Positions 17,521-26,660 of a DNA stretch of 32,000 bases are shown piece by piece. Below the pieces are notes generated by a model. The model did not search any database, was not told the origin of the DNA, and was given only the letters and a program-made list of their open reading frames with translations. Position 1 is the stretch's first letter, and every line of letters begins with the position of its first letter. The stretch is from Methanococcus maripaludis (GTDB taxonomy: Archaea; AGJL01; Methanococci; Methanococcales; Methanococcaceae): contig NZ_CP026606.1 of the NCBI RefSeq assembly GCF_002945325.1, positions 360,001 to 392,000 of the forward strand, written 5' to 3'. Position numbers and translations under genes: made by a program.

Positions 17521-18288
17521 TTAAATATTTTCAAATAAGTATTTTAAAGCATCTTCTTCCATGAAGTGAAGTTTTCCAGGAATTATCACACAGTGAAGCG
17601 GGCTTTTAAAATCATAATTTAAAAGATCTTTTATTTTTCCATAGTACAGCCCGGGATTAATACTTCCAGCCCTTGCTACAACTGCAACTTTTGTTTCACC
17701 CGAAATTACGTTTTCTTTTCTTTTTTCTTCAATTTTTAAAAGTGCATCCAATCCTTCATTTGCAGTCATGAATCTTTCCTTATCTGCCTGAATATCTAAA
17801 AGGCAGAGTGTGTGGTACCCTAATTTTAAATTATCTTTTATAACGTCGTAAGGGGTTTCCGGGAAATAATTTGGTTCAGGAAATACTATTGACGTTGTTT
17901 TTCCAAATTTGTATAATTGAAGTCCAGTAATTCCTATTGCCGAGTAAATTGAAGGAGCATTTATAATTACAACTTCGATTCCTTTTTTTCTGGCCTCAAC
18001 TGCTATATCAACGTGCGTTGTTGCAACCATTGGGTCTCCTGCAGTTAAAAACATTATATCGTTATCTTTTGCTTCATCAATTAATTTATTCGTTTCATAC
18101 TCTACTTTTTCTCGATCCAAAACAGTTATTGGTTTTTGAAGCGTACTTTCAATTTTTTCCATTGTTGTTCCGGTAAGTATTGCCGTGTAAAATTCAGCGT
18201 AAATTTTATCAACTTTTTTTGCAAAGTCAAGCGTTTTTAGTGTAACGTCTCTTTCATCGTAAAGTCCAAGTCCTGCCATTACAAGCAT
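17521..18288 (-). CDS. dphB: Diphthine synthase (diphthamide biosynthesis methyltransferase)
   Basis: MLVMAGLGLYDERDVTLKTL, FLTAGDPMVATTHVDI, INAPSIYSAIGITGLQLYKFG. Confidence 0.95.
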   Translation of the reverse strand: MLVMAGLGLYDERDVTLKTLDFAKKVDKIYAEFYTAILTGTTMEKIESTLQKPITVLDREKVEYETNKLIDEAKDNDIMFLTAGDPMVATTHVDIAVEARKKGIEVVIINAPSIYSAIGITGLQLYKFGKTTSIVFPEPNYFPETPYDVIKDNLKLGYHTLCLLDIQADKERFMTANEGLDALLKIEEKRKENVISGETKVAVVARAGSINPGLYYGKIKDLLNYDFKSPLHCVIIPGKLHFMEEDALKYLFENI

Positions 18289-18404
18289 TGTGTTTCACCC
18301 GATTTAATAAATAGAAATAATATCAATAATACTATATAGCTCATAAACTTAATTGTAAAATTAAAAATCATAACGTAAATTCTAACTGCTAACGGTGTAA
18401 TCTA

Positions 18405-19574
18405 ATGGACACTTATTTTTTATTTTTTATCATTCTAACTTCGATATTCATCGTACCTCAAATCCTGAAAAGGTTCAATGTCCCGACAATTACTGCCACA
18501 ATGCTTGCAGGAATACTTATCGGACCGTTTGGATTAAATATAATTCAGACCAGCACAACTCTTGACACTTTCGCAGCATTTGGAGTAATATTTTTGATGT
18601 TTTTGGCGGGGCTGGAAGTCGATAATGAAACACTTAAAGATGAATTTAAAAATTCCTTAGTTTTAAGCTTATTTTCCATGTTAATCCCCTCAATTGGAGG
18701 ATATTTAATCGGACAGTATTTTGGACTTGATTTTATTGGTTCATTACTTTATGCAGTAATATTTTCTTCACACTCAGTTGGAATCGTCTACGCACTCATG
18801 GATGAACTTGGACTCATAAAATCTCGATTCGGAACGACCGTAATTAGTGCATCTGTTGTAATCGACCTTATAAGTTTAATTGTTATTTCAATATTAATTA
18901 AAATGGGTGGAAGCGGGATAACTTCTGATATTATTCCATTTGTAGTTCTTATTGCGGCATATATCATTGCACTTCTCATAATAATTCCATTAATTTCAAA
19001 ATTAATATTAAAAGAGCTTAAAAAGTTTCACGTACAAAAAATCCACTTTATATTGCTTATAATACTAATTTCAATTATTGTTGGAGAACATATTGGAATT
19101 CACCCGATAATTGGCGCATTTATCATCGGAATTGCAGTTTCAGAAGAACTTACAAAAGAAGAACACGATCAGGTATTAAATGAAAACTTAAATGCAATTG
19201 GTTATGGAATATTTATCCCATTATTCTTCTTAAATTTAGGAATGACTACAGATATCAGCGTAATCTTTAATTTTGACAATATAAGCCTTATAATTGTATC
19301 AGTTGTAACATTAATAGGCCTTAAAATTAGTTCAGGATATTTTTCACTTAGAATTTTAGATTATGACAAATTAAAAAGTTTTTGTGGGGGCCTTTTGACC
19401 GTTCCATCCCTTACTGCCTCACTTGTTGGTGCAACCCTTGGAAGAGACCTTGGGATACTTCCTGAAAAATTCTTTGTCTCTGTTGTGGTCATAGCACTTT
19501 TAACTTCAACAGTTGCTCCAATATACGTTAAAAGCTTGGTTTCTAAAAATTACGACAAATTAAAATTAAATTAA
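18405..19574 (+). CDS. CPA2-family Na+/H+ (cation/proton) antiporter
   Basis: 389 aa, ~12 TM; VPTITATMLAGILIGPFGLNII, GVIFLMFLAGLEVD, HPIIGAFIIGIAVS. Confidence 0.9.
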   Translation: MDTYFLFFIILTSIFIVPQILKRFNVPTITATMLAGILIGPFGLNIIQTSTTLDTFAAFGVIFLMFLAGLEVDNETLKDEFKNSLVLSLFSMLIPSIGGYLIGQYFGLDFIGSLLYAVIFSSHSVGIVYALMDELGLIKSRFGTTVISASVVIDLISLIVISILIKMGGSGITSDIIPFVVLIAAYIIALLIIIPLISKLILKELKKFHVQKIHFILLIILISIIVGEHIGIHPIIGAFIIGIAVSEELTKEEHDQVLNENLNAIGYGIFIPLFFLNLGMTTDISVIFNFDNISLIIVSVVTLIGLKISSGYFSLRILDYDKLKSFCGGLLTVPSLTASLVGATLGRDLGILPEKFFVSVVVIALLTSTVAPIYVKSLVSKNYDKLKLN

Positions 19575-19600
19575 GATAAAATTCAAAATAAGGGAAAAAT

Positions 19601-20299
19601 ATGGAATATAAAGAAACTTTCCAAAAAATTTACGACCATTTATTTAATTTATACGGGCCACAAGGCTGGTGGCCACTTTTGGAAGTAAATGGATGTAATC
19701 CAACAAAAACTGGCTCGGTAAATGGATACCATCCAAATAATTATGATTATCCAAAAACAAAAAATCAGTGTTTTGAAATCTGCGTCGGTGCAATTTTAAC
19801 CCAGAACACGTCTTGGCCATCTGTTGAAAAATCATTGAAAAATTTAAGGAACTTAATAGAAATAACTCCTGAAAATATACATAATTTGGATATTGAACAG
19901 TTAAAAGAAGCAATTAAACCAAGTGGATACTACAATCAAAAATCGATACGTTTAAAAAGTTTTTCAGAATTTTTTACAAAATTAAATAATGTTCCAACGC
20001 GAGAAGAACTGCTAAAATTAAACGGGGTTGGCCCTGAAACTGCAGATTCAATGCTTTTGTATGCATTTAAAGTTCCCAGTTTTGTAGTTGATACATATAC
20101 AAAAAGAATACTGATTAACTTAAATTTAATTGAAGGTAGCGAAAAATACGATAAAATTAAAGGATTATTCGAAGAAAATATTCCAAAAAACCTTGAAATA
20201 TATCAAGAATATCACGCACTGATTGTTGAGCATGCTAAAAATTACTACCGAAAAAAAGAAAATTATTGCAAATGTCCACTTCTAAAAATAATAAGATAA
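19601..20299 (+). CDS. Endonuclease III-superfamily (HhH-GPD) DNA glycosylase, MagIII-like
   Basis: VGAILTQNTSW, PSGYYNQKSIRLKSF, HhH LNGVGPETADSMLLYAF with VVDTYTKR catalytic Asp region; degenerate C-terminal cysteines YCKC. Confidence 0.85.
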   Translation: MEYKETFQKIYDHLFNLYGPQGWWPLLEVNGCNPTKTGSVNGYHPNNYDYPKTKNQCFEICVGAILTQNTSWPSVEKSLKNLRNLIEITPENIHNLDIEQLKEAIKPSGYYNQKSIRLKSFSEFFTKLNNVPTREELLKLNGVGPETADSMLLYAFKVPSFVVDTYTKRILINLNLIEGSEKYDKIKGLFEENIPKNLEIYQEYHALIVEHAKNYYRKKENYCKCPLLKIIR

Positions 20300-20303
20300 G
20301 TTA

Positions 20304-20741
20304 TTATTCAGAAGATTTCACTAAAAGTACCGGGCAGTGTGATTTTTTCAAAACCCTCTCTGCAACGCTTCCAAGTAATAATTTATCGAGTCCTGTTTTT
20401 CCAGTTGTACCCATGACAATTAAATCTGCGTTCTTAGCTTCTGCATATTCAACAATTTCTTTTGATGGAGTTCCTTCCAAAATTTCAGTCTTTATTTCAA
20501 CGCCTTTTTCTCTCGCAATGTCTGTTAAAGTTCTAAGCGCGGTGTGACCTTCTTTTTCTAAAACTTCCTTCATGCTTTCCCAAAGCCCTTCGGTAGGGAG
20601 TCCTACGAATGGAACGATGTCGATTACATAAATTCCGTAAACCCTTCCATCAGTAGCTTTTGCCAAATCAATTGCCTGCTCTGCAGCTTCTATTGATATT
20701 TTTGATCCGTCTGTGGGCATAATAATTTTTTTATAAGCCAT
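20304..20741 (-). CDS. Universal stress protein UspA family, ATP-binding type
   Basis: KKIIMPTDGSKISIEAAEQAI and GTTGKTGLDKLLLGSVAERVLKKSHCPVLLVK. Confidence 0.93.
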   Translation of the reverse strand: MAYKKIIMPTDGSKISIEAAEQAIDLAKATDGRVYGIYVIDIVPFVGLPTEGLWESMKEVLEKEGHTALRTLTDIAREKGVEIKTEILEGTPSKEIVEYAEAKNADLIVMGTTGKTGLDKLLLGSVAERVLKKSHCPVLLVKSSE

Positions 20742-20909
20742 AAATTCACCCCGTTCTAATTAATTTAATATTAATTTTTAAAATATATATTACTATTTAT
20801 TTAAATCGATTAAAACAGCTAAAATAAGATGTTTTGACTGATTTACTATCCTTAAGCATTCAACCAAAAACTAATATATAAACAATATTTAAATAGGTTA
20901 AATAAATCA

Positions 20910-20918
20910 TTTATACAT
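20910..20918 (+). promoter_or_regulatory. TATA box-like element upstream of candidate sRNA 20938-21006
   Basis: TTTATACAT at the expected spacing from the sRNA 5' end. Confidence 0.5.
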
Positions 20919-20937
20919 CTTATTGATATTATTTAAA

Positions 20938-21006
20938 AACAGATGATGATGAAAAGAGGGTTATCTGATTAATCGTGATGATATCTTTCATATAGCTGAA
21001 TCTGTT
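20938..21006 (+). ncRNA. Candidate box C/D guide sRNA
   Basis: Perfect 7-bp terminal stem AACAGAT (20938-20944)/ATCTGTT (21000-21006); box C ATGATGA (20946-20952); guide AAAGAGGGTTAT; box D' CTGA (20965-20968); spacer TTAATC; box C' GTGATGA (20975-20981); guide TATCTTTCATATAG; box D CTGA (20996-20999); TTTATACAT about 25 bp upstream. Confidence 0.88.
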
Positions 21007-21163
21007 ATTTTTTATTATTCAAGAGATTACAAATATAAATTCAAAAACACAAGTTCATGATAACATATTCGTATTACTCATATTCATATCATCAATATTA
21101 TGTTGAAATTTTTATAAACTTTTATCGCTTTTAACGTTAATTTACCGCAAATTGAGGGAAATA

Positions 21164-23824
21164 ATGGAAATAAAAGAAGAATATTCAGTAGAACTTGAAA
21201 AAAAAGTTCAGGAAAAATGGGAAGATGAAAAAACGTTCAAATTTTTAGATGATGAAAAAAGACCTCCTTACATCATCGATACTCCACCACCATACCCAAC
21301 AGGTAGAATGCACCTTGGACACGGCCTTAACTGGACATACATGGACATTATTGCGAGATTTAAAAGAATGAATGGATACGACGTGCTTTTTCCCCAAGGT
21401 TGGGATTGCCACGGACTTCCAACAGAAGTTAAAGTTGAAGAATTGAACAATATCACAAAGTCCGACATAGACAGACATGAATTTAGAAGACTCTGTGTAG
21501 AATTAACCGATGAAAACGTAGAAAAAATGAGAGGCCAAGTCAGATCCCTTGGAATCTCAATTGACTGGGATAGAGAATACATTACAATGAATCCAGACTA
21601 CGTTAGAAAATCACAGACTGCATTTTTAAAAATGTACGAAAAAGGTTTAATCTACAGGGGAAAACACCCTGTAAACTGGTGTCCTAGATGTGAAACAGCG
21701 ATTGCATTTGCTGAAGTGGAATATCAAGGAAGAACTTCAAAATTAAACTACATAAAATTCCCATATGCAGAAAATAGTGAAAAATACCTTGAAATTGCAA
21801 CTTCAAGACCTGAATTAATGGCTGCATGTGTTGGAATTGTAGTTCATCCTGAAGATGAAAGATACAGCGACGTTGTTGGAAAAACCGTAAAAGTACCATT
21901 ATTTAATCAGGAAGTTAATGTGTACCCAGATTCCGATGTTGAAAAAGAATTCGGTACTGGAGTTGTAATGGTCTGTACGTTTGGTGACAAAACTGACGTT
22001 ACATGGGTAAACAGGCACAAATTAGAAGTTAAAAAAGCAATTAACGAAAAAGGACAATTAACGGAAATCTGCGGAAAATACGCCGGTAAAAAGTCAGATG
22101 ATGCGAGAAAAGAAATTATTTCTGATTTAATTTCTGAAAATTACATGATAAAACAGGAACCTCTCGAACAAAACGTTGGTTCATGCTGGAGATGTAAAAC
22201 ACCTATCGAAATCATTGTTGGGGACCAGTGGTTTGTAAACGTTACAAAATTATTAAATGAAGTAGAAAACGCTGCAAACGAAATATCTTGGGTTCCCGAA
22301 CACATGAAAGCAAGGCTCATGAAATGGATTGAAGATATGGGCTGGGACTGGTGTATTTCAAGACAGAGATTGTTTGCAACCCCTATTCCAGTATGGTACT
22401 GTAAAGACTGTGGAGAAGTTATTGTAGCTAAACCTGAAGATTTACCAATAGATCCAACAAAAGAAAGTCCATACACCTGCAAATGCGGAAACTCAGACCT
22501 TGTTGCAGAAACTGATGTATTAGATACATGGATGGATTCATCAATTACTCCATTAGTTATAGCAGGATGGCTTGAAGATGAAGAATTTTTCAAAAAACAC
22601 TACCCTGTTCAATTGAGACCTCAAGGCCACGATATCATCAGAACTTGGGCATTTTACACAATGGTTAGATCACTTGCAATTACTGGAGAAAAACCATGGG
22701 ATGAAATCGTAATTAACGGAATGGTTTTCGGTGAAGATGGATTTAAGATGAGTAAAAGTAGGGGAAACGTTGTAGAACCTGGAGAAATTACTAAAACTTA
22801 CGGTGCAGATGCTTTAAGGTTATGGGCTTCAAACAGCACTATTGGAAAAGATGTTCCATTTGCCTGGAAAGAAGTTGAATATGGCGGAAGATTTTTGCGA
22901 AAAATATGGAATGCGTGTAAATTTGCAAAAATGAACATTTCAGATGAAACAATTTCCAAATTAAAATCATTAAAAAGTATTTCAATTGAAAATCCAGTTG
23001 ATTTATGGATTTTGAGTAAGTTGAATAATTTAATTTCAAAAGTTTCCGAGGACCTTGGAAATTACAAAATAAACACAGTTGTAGAAATTCAGAAATTTTT
23101 ATGGCACGAATTCTGCGACAACTACATTGAAATGGTAAAACACAGGCTCTATAATAAGGAAGAATCTGAAAGCGCCCAACAAGAAAAATTAATGGCCCAA
23201 CACACGCTTTACAAAGTAATTACAGAATCTGTAAAATTACTTACGCCATTTACACCACACTTTGCAGAAATCGTTGGAGAAATCTATGAAATTGATGATT
23301 TGCATACATCATGGCCATTTGCAGATGAAAGCTTGATAAGTTTAGAAAACGAATTTGTCGGAGAAGTTGCAAAAAATACAGTTGCATCAATTAGAAGATA
23401 TAAATCAAACAAAGGAATGCCACTTAATTCAGAATTAAACAAAGTTGAAATGTACGTAAGCGATAAAAAAGACTTTGATGCTCTTTCAAAAGTTTCCAAA
23501 GATGTTAAAAAATCTTTAAAAATTAAAGAACTTGAACTAAATCTTGGAAAACCGCTCCTGGAACAAAAAATTTCAGAAGTAACCCCTAACAAATCCAAAA
23601 TCGGTCCAGAATTTAAAAAAGATGCTGGAAAAGTAACTGCATTTATTAAAGAAGCAGATGCAGAAACAATTGAAAAAATCCTTTCAGAAGGAATTGAAAC
23701 CGAATTTGGTGCTTTAAACAAAGAACACATCAAAGAAGTAAAAAGAGCGATATATAACAAAGGAGAAATTGTTGAAACTGCAGATATCGACAGTTTAATT
23801 GATACCATTGCAATAATTCAATAA
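21164..23824 (+). CDS. valS: Valyl-tRNA synthetase (archaeal type)
   Basis: HIGH motif [18 protein letters not shown], class Ia editing domain. ATG 21164 follows gaggg SD; track start 21152 is TTG. Confidence 0.95.
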   Translation: MEIKEEYSVELEKKVQEKWEDEKTFKFLDDEKRPPYIIDTPPPYPTGRMHLGHGLNWTYMDIIARFKRMNGYDVLFPQGWDCHGLPTEVKVEELNNITKSDIDRHEFRRLCVELTDENVEKMRGQVRSLGISIDWDREYITMNPDYVRKSQTAFLKMYEKGLIYRGKHPVNWCPRCETAIAFAEVEYQGRTSKLNYIKFPYAENSEKYLEIATSRPELMAACVGIVVHPEDERYSDVVGKTVKVPLFNQEVNVYPDSDVEKEFGTGVVMVCTFGDKTDVTWVNRHKLEVKKAINEKGQLTEICGKYAGKKSDDARKEIISDLISENYMIKQEPLEQNVGSCWRCKTPIEIIVGDQWFVNVTKLLNEVENAANEISWVPEHMKARLMKWIEDMGWDWCISRQRLFATPIPVWYCKDCGEVIVAKPEDLPIDPTKESPYTCKCGNSDLVAETDVLDTWMDSSITPLVIAGWLEDEEFFKKHYPVQLRPQGHDIIRTWAFYTMVRSLAITGEKPWDEIVINGMVFGEDGFKMSKSRGNVVEPGEITKTYGADALRLWASNSTIGKDVPFAWKEVEYGGRFLRKIWNACKFAKMNISDETISKLKSLKSISIENPVDLWILSKLNNLISKVSEDLGNYKINTVVEIQKFLWHEFCDNYIEMVKHRLYNKEESESAQQEKLMAQHTLYKVITESVKLLTPFTPHFAEIVGEIYEIDDLHTSWPFADESLISLENEFVGEVAKNTVASIRRYKSNKGMPLNSELNKVEMYVSDKKDFDALSKVSKDVKKSLKIKELELNLGKPLLEQKISEVTPNKSKIGPEFKKDAGKVTAFIKEADAETIEKILSEGIETEFGALNKEHIKEVKRAIYNKGEIVETADIDSLIDTIAIIQ

Positions 23825-23900
23825 TTTTAACTTAATTTTTTTCAAAATTTTAATATTTTTTTAATATTTTTATTTTTTTAGTCAGTTTCATTTTTAAAAT

Positions 23901-24209
23901 TTAAATCAACATTTGTGCCAGATATGCACCAATTATCCCGCCAAATACAACAATTATCACGTTTAATCGATAGTATGCGAGGATTAAAGAAACAATTCCT
24001 CCAAAAACTGCTGAATAGATATTTCCGGTTGAATAGATTATCCCAGGAAAGATTAAAGATGCAAGAGCCGCGTAAGGGATGTAGCTAAAAAATGCCCTCC
24101 AAAAATGTGGCAGTTTTGCATCTTTAAACAGCACGATCGGAAGCATTCTTGGAATATACGTTACAATTGCCATGAATATTACTAATAATACCATTTCTTC
24201 CCTACTCAT
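23901..24209 (-). CDS. azlD: AzlD-like branched-chain amino acid exporter small subunit
   Basis: Short ~4 TM protein, MAIVTYIPRMLPIV..., overlaps azlC 3' end; SD GGTG precedes ATG 24209 (track start 24254). Confidence 0.85.
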   Translation of the reverse strand: MSREEMVLLVIFMAIVTYIPRMLPIVLFKDAKLPHFWRAFFSYIPYAALASLIFPGIIYSTGNIYSAVFGGIVSLILAYYRLNVIIVVFGGIIGAYLAQMLI

Positions 24210-24918
24210 CGCCATCACCATGTATAAACTTAGCTCCGATAAATGACGCCACAATAGTCGTAATAATAATTATCCAGCCTGTTGAAATAAATTTAAACAC
24301 TGGAACCCATGTCAGAGCTGAACTGATAAATATTGCAACTAAAACGATTTTTAAAACCTTGGTCGAACGCCTGACTGCAGGGATTAAAAGCCCGATGAAC
24401 ATTACATAAAGAGAAATTCCCATACTACTCTGTATTTCTTTTGGAATGCTTTCTGCTAAAAAAATTCCAAGAAAGGTTCCAAAATTCCAGGCAAAAAACG
24501 CAGTGAAATTCAATCCAAACAAAAATTCAGGGCTTAATTTTAGTTCTTCTTTTAATGAAGCTACTGCAAAAGTTTCGTCAGTTACTCCAAAAGAGATTAA
24601 ACTTAAAAATTTTTTAGATTTTGTATAATCAATCCTCTGCGAAAGTGAAGAAGACATTAAAAAGTGCCTTAAATTTAATATAAACGTGGTTAAAACTATT
24701 TCAAAAGACGAAGTTCCAATAGCAATTAAATTGACCCCTACAAACTGGCTTGCGCCTGCAAATATGATCAATGACATCAAAATTGAAATTTCGTAAGGAA
24801 TCCCCATCGATTTTGCCAAAACCCCGAAAGCTATCCCAATCGGAAGATAACCTATAGATATAGGAATTGCATCTTTTATTCCTTCAAAATACAGTTTATT
24901 AAAGGATAACTGTTTCAT
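24202..24918 (-). CDS. azlC: AzlC-like branched-chain amino acid permease
   Basis: GIKDAIPISIGYLPIGIAFGVLAKSMG, IIFAGASQFVGVNLI, FILNLRHFLMSSSLS. Confidence 0.93.
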   Translation of the reverse strand: MKQLSFNKLYFEGIKDAIPISIGYLPIGIAFGVLAKSMGIPYEISILMSLIIFAGASQFVGVNLIAIGTSSFEIVLTTFILNLRHFLMSSSLSQRIDYTKSKKFLSLISFGVTDETFAVASLKEELKLSPEFLFGLNFTAFFAWNFGTFLGIFLAESIPKEIQSSMGISLYVMFIGLLIPAVRRSTKVLKIVLVAIFISSALTWVPVFKFISTGWIIIITTIVASFIGAKFIHGDGDE

Positions 24919-25063
24919 AATTTCTCCAAATTCATAATTAGTTTCTTAAATTATTTAAAATTCTGTTTACAAAACTTAAAAGTATTCCTGATAATATATA
25001 TGTTCAGTATATAATACTTTTTGTATGGTATATAATACATTACATAAAAAAAATAGTAAAATT

Positions 25064-25846
25064 TTAAATTTCAAAAACACTGCCAACGTGTCCAAATTTA
25101 AATCCTGATATGTCACTTAATTCTTTTGTTGCATTAAAGCCAGTGCAGTGCACGGGTGAAATTAATTTAAAGTTTTGAGTCATTAAATAATTTTTAACCT
25201 GATTTATGTAAGTTTCAGATGCAGTTCCCATGTGAAAACCGCCGATAATTCCATTTACTTTTTTTAGGGTTTTTGCATGATTAATACAATTAATTAATCC
25301 GCTGTGGGTGCATCCTGAAAGAATTATATCTTTTACGATAACAAACATGTCATCAATTATGATATCATCCACTCTTTGACCATTTTCAATCATTTCAAAG
25401 TCTTCTCTTTCGTAAAAGTTAGTTCGGGGAATAGTTCCTGAAATTATTAAATTTTCTGAAATTTTAAATGGATCTTCGATGAGTTTTAAATTTTTGTAAT
25501 CTTTCAAGAAATTTTTTATACTCTCATCGATTCCGATGTATCTTTCTCCGTGGTACCTATCAACAAATGCGGATTTGTGAATATAAATTGGAACATCTAA
25601 ATTTTCCCCATATTTTTCAATAAAATAATTAAATCCATCAGTATGGTCGTAGTGGCCGTGGCTAAAGATTACTGCATCAAAAATATCATCTTCACCCATT
25701 AATTTTAAATTATTTTCAAAAACCTGAGCGTTTTGGCCACAATCAAACAATATCTTCGAATCTTCATCTTTTATAATTGCTGAAAATCCTGACTGTGCTA
25801 AAAACTTTCCTTTCGCAGTATTGTCTACAAGTATTTTTATTTCCAT
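25064..25846 (-). CDS. MBL-fold metallo-hydrolase, 7,8-dihydropterin-6-methyl-(beta-D-ribofuranosyl)-aminobenzene-phosphate synthase-like
   Basis: VFSHGHYDHTDGF (HXHXDH), ILSGCTHSGLINCI, GGFHMG; SD aaggtgg before ATG. Confidence 0.87.
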   Translation of the reverse strand: MEIKILVDNTAKGKFLAQSGFSAIIKDEDSKILFDCGQNAQVFENNLKLMGEDDIFDAVIFSHGHYDHTDGFNYFIEKYGENLDVPIYIHKSAFVDRYHGERYIGIDESIKNFLKDYKNLKLIEDPFKISENLIISGTIPRTNFYEREDFEMIENGQRVDDIIIDDMFVIVKDIILSGCTHSGLINCINHAKTLKKVNGIIGGFHMGTASETYINQVKNYLMTQNFKLISPVHCTGFNATKELSDISGFKFGHVGSVFEI

Positions 25847-25904
25847 GAAAAACCACCTTAAGAAATATTTAAATCATCTGTTTTTATATATTATAGGAGT
25901 AACT

Positions 25905-25918
25905 GTTTTATATAAAAC
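25905..25918. promoter_or_regulatory. 14-bp perfect palindrome GTTTTATATAAAAC in divergent promoter region
   Basis: Exact self-reverse-complement in the 76-bp gap between divergent genes. Confidence 0.55.
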
Positions 25919-25922
25919 ACAT

Positions 25923-26651
25923 ATGGGCATTGGTGAAATTTTGAAAATATCAGGAATCGTAGAACTCTCAACAATTGATTACCCAAAACATGCATCTGCT
26001 GTTGTTTTTTTATCCGGATGCAACATGAAATGTGGTTACTGTCAAAATTACGAGTACATTACAACAAATGTATCTGAAATGACTGCTGAAGAAGTTTTTA
26101 ACAGTATGGATTTGATGTTTGCAGAAGCACTCGTTATAAGTGGCGGAGAACCAACCCTTCAGCCAGAAGCAGTTTTAGAACTTGCAAAAATTGCAAAAGG
26201 AAAGAATTTTCCTGTAAAACTCGATACAAATGGAACAAACCCGAATTTAGTTGAAAAACTTATTTCAAATAACTTTTTAAATTACATTGCAATAGACGTA
26301 AAAGCAGGATTTAATAATTACGAGAAAGTTACAGGATACAAAAAAGAAATTAAGGAAAACATTTTAAAAATAATAAATATCTGTAAACAGGAAGAAATAT
26401 TTGTAGAATGCAGAACTACGTTTATTCCAGAATTAATGGATGAATCAGACATTGAAGAAATTGCAAAAACCGTTAAAAACTGCGATTTATACACTATTCA
26501 ACAGTTTGACCGTGAACATTCATATGATAAAGAATTATGCAAAGTAAAACGGATTAGTGAAGACGATTTAATTGCACTTGGAAAGATTGCAAAAAAATAC
26601 ATTGAAAATGTGAAAATTAAGACCCTTTCAAGTGAAATACCAATCAACTAG
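25923..26651 (+). CDS. Radical SAM activating-enzyme-like protein (anaerobic ribonucleotide reductase-activating protein / NrdG2-like)
   Basis: ILKISGIVELSTIDYPKHASAVVFLSGCNMKCGYCQNYEYI (CX3CX2C), VISGGEPTLQPE, VKLDTNGTNP. Alternative start TTG 25941 preceded by ggtga; track start 25821 is in the opposing promoter region. Confidence 0.87.
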   Translation: MGIGEILKISGIVELSTIDYPKHASAVVFLSGCNMKCGYCQNYEYITTNVSEMTAEEVFNSMDLMFAEALVISGGEPTLQPEAVLELAKIAKGKNFPVKLDTNGTNPNLVEKLISNNFLNYIAIDVKAGFNNYEKVTGYKKEIKENILKIINICKQEEIFVECRTTFIPELMDESDIEEIAKTVKNCDLYTIQQFDREHSYDKELCKVKRISEDDLIALGKIAKKYIENVKIKTLSSEIPIN

Positions 26652-26660
26652 AGCGATAAT

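Noticed and set aside
22141-22593. 150-aa ORF antisense to valS
   Set aside because: Shadow ORF with no recognisable motif; the + strand encodes conserved valS sequence.
23284-23808. 174-aa ORF antisense to the valS 3' end
   Set aside because: Shadow ORF of a well-supported synthetase; serine-rich, no domain.
23825-23900. T-rich block between valS and azlD as an unusual repeat
   Set aside because: Runs such as ttttttaatatttttatttttttt are expected poly-U terminators in a convergent gap, not an unusual element.
24919-25063. Short repeats gtataatac / ggtatataatac upstream of azlC as an operator
   Set aside because: Arms are short and AT-only, close to TATA-box sequence; not distinguishable from chance without comparative data.
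25821-25922. N-terminal extension of the radical SAM ORF (MSTSIFISMKNHLKK...)
   Set aside because: It reads through the start of the opposing MBL gene and the divergent promoter; homology-like sequence begins at GEILKISGIVELS.
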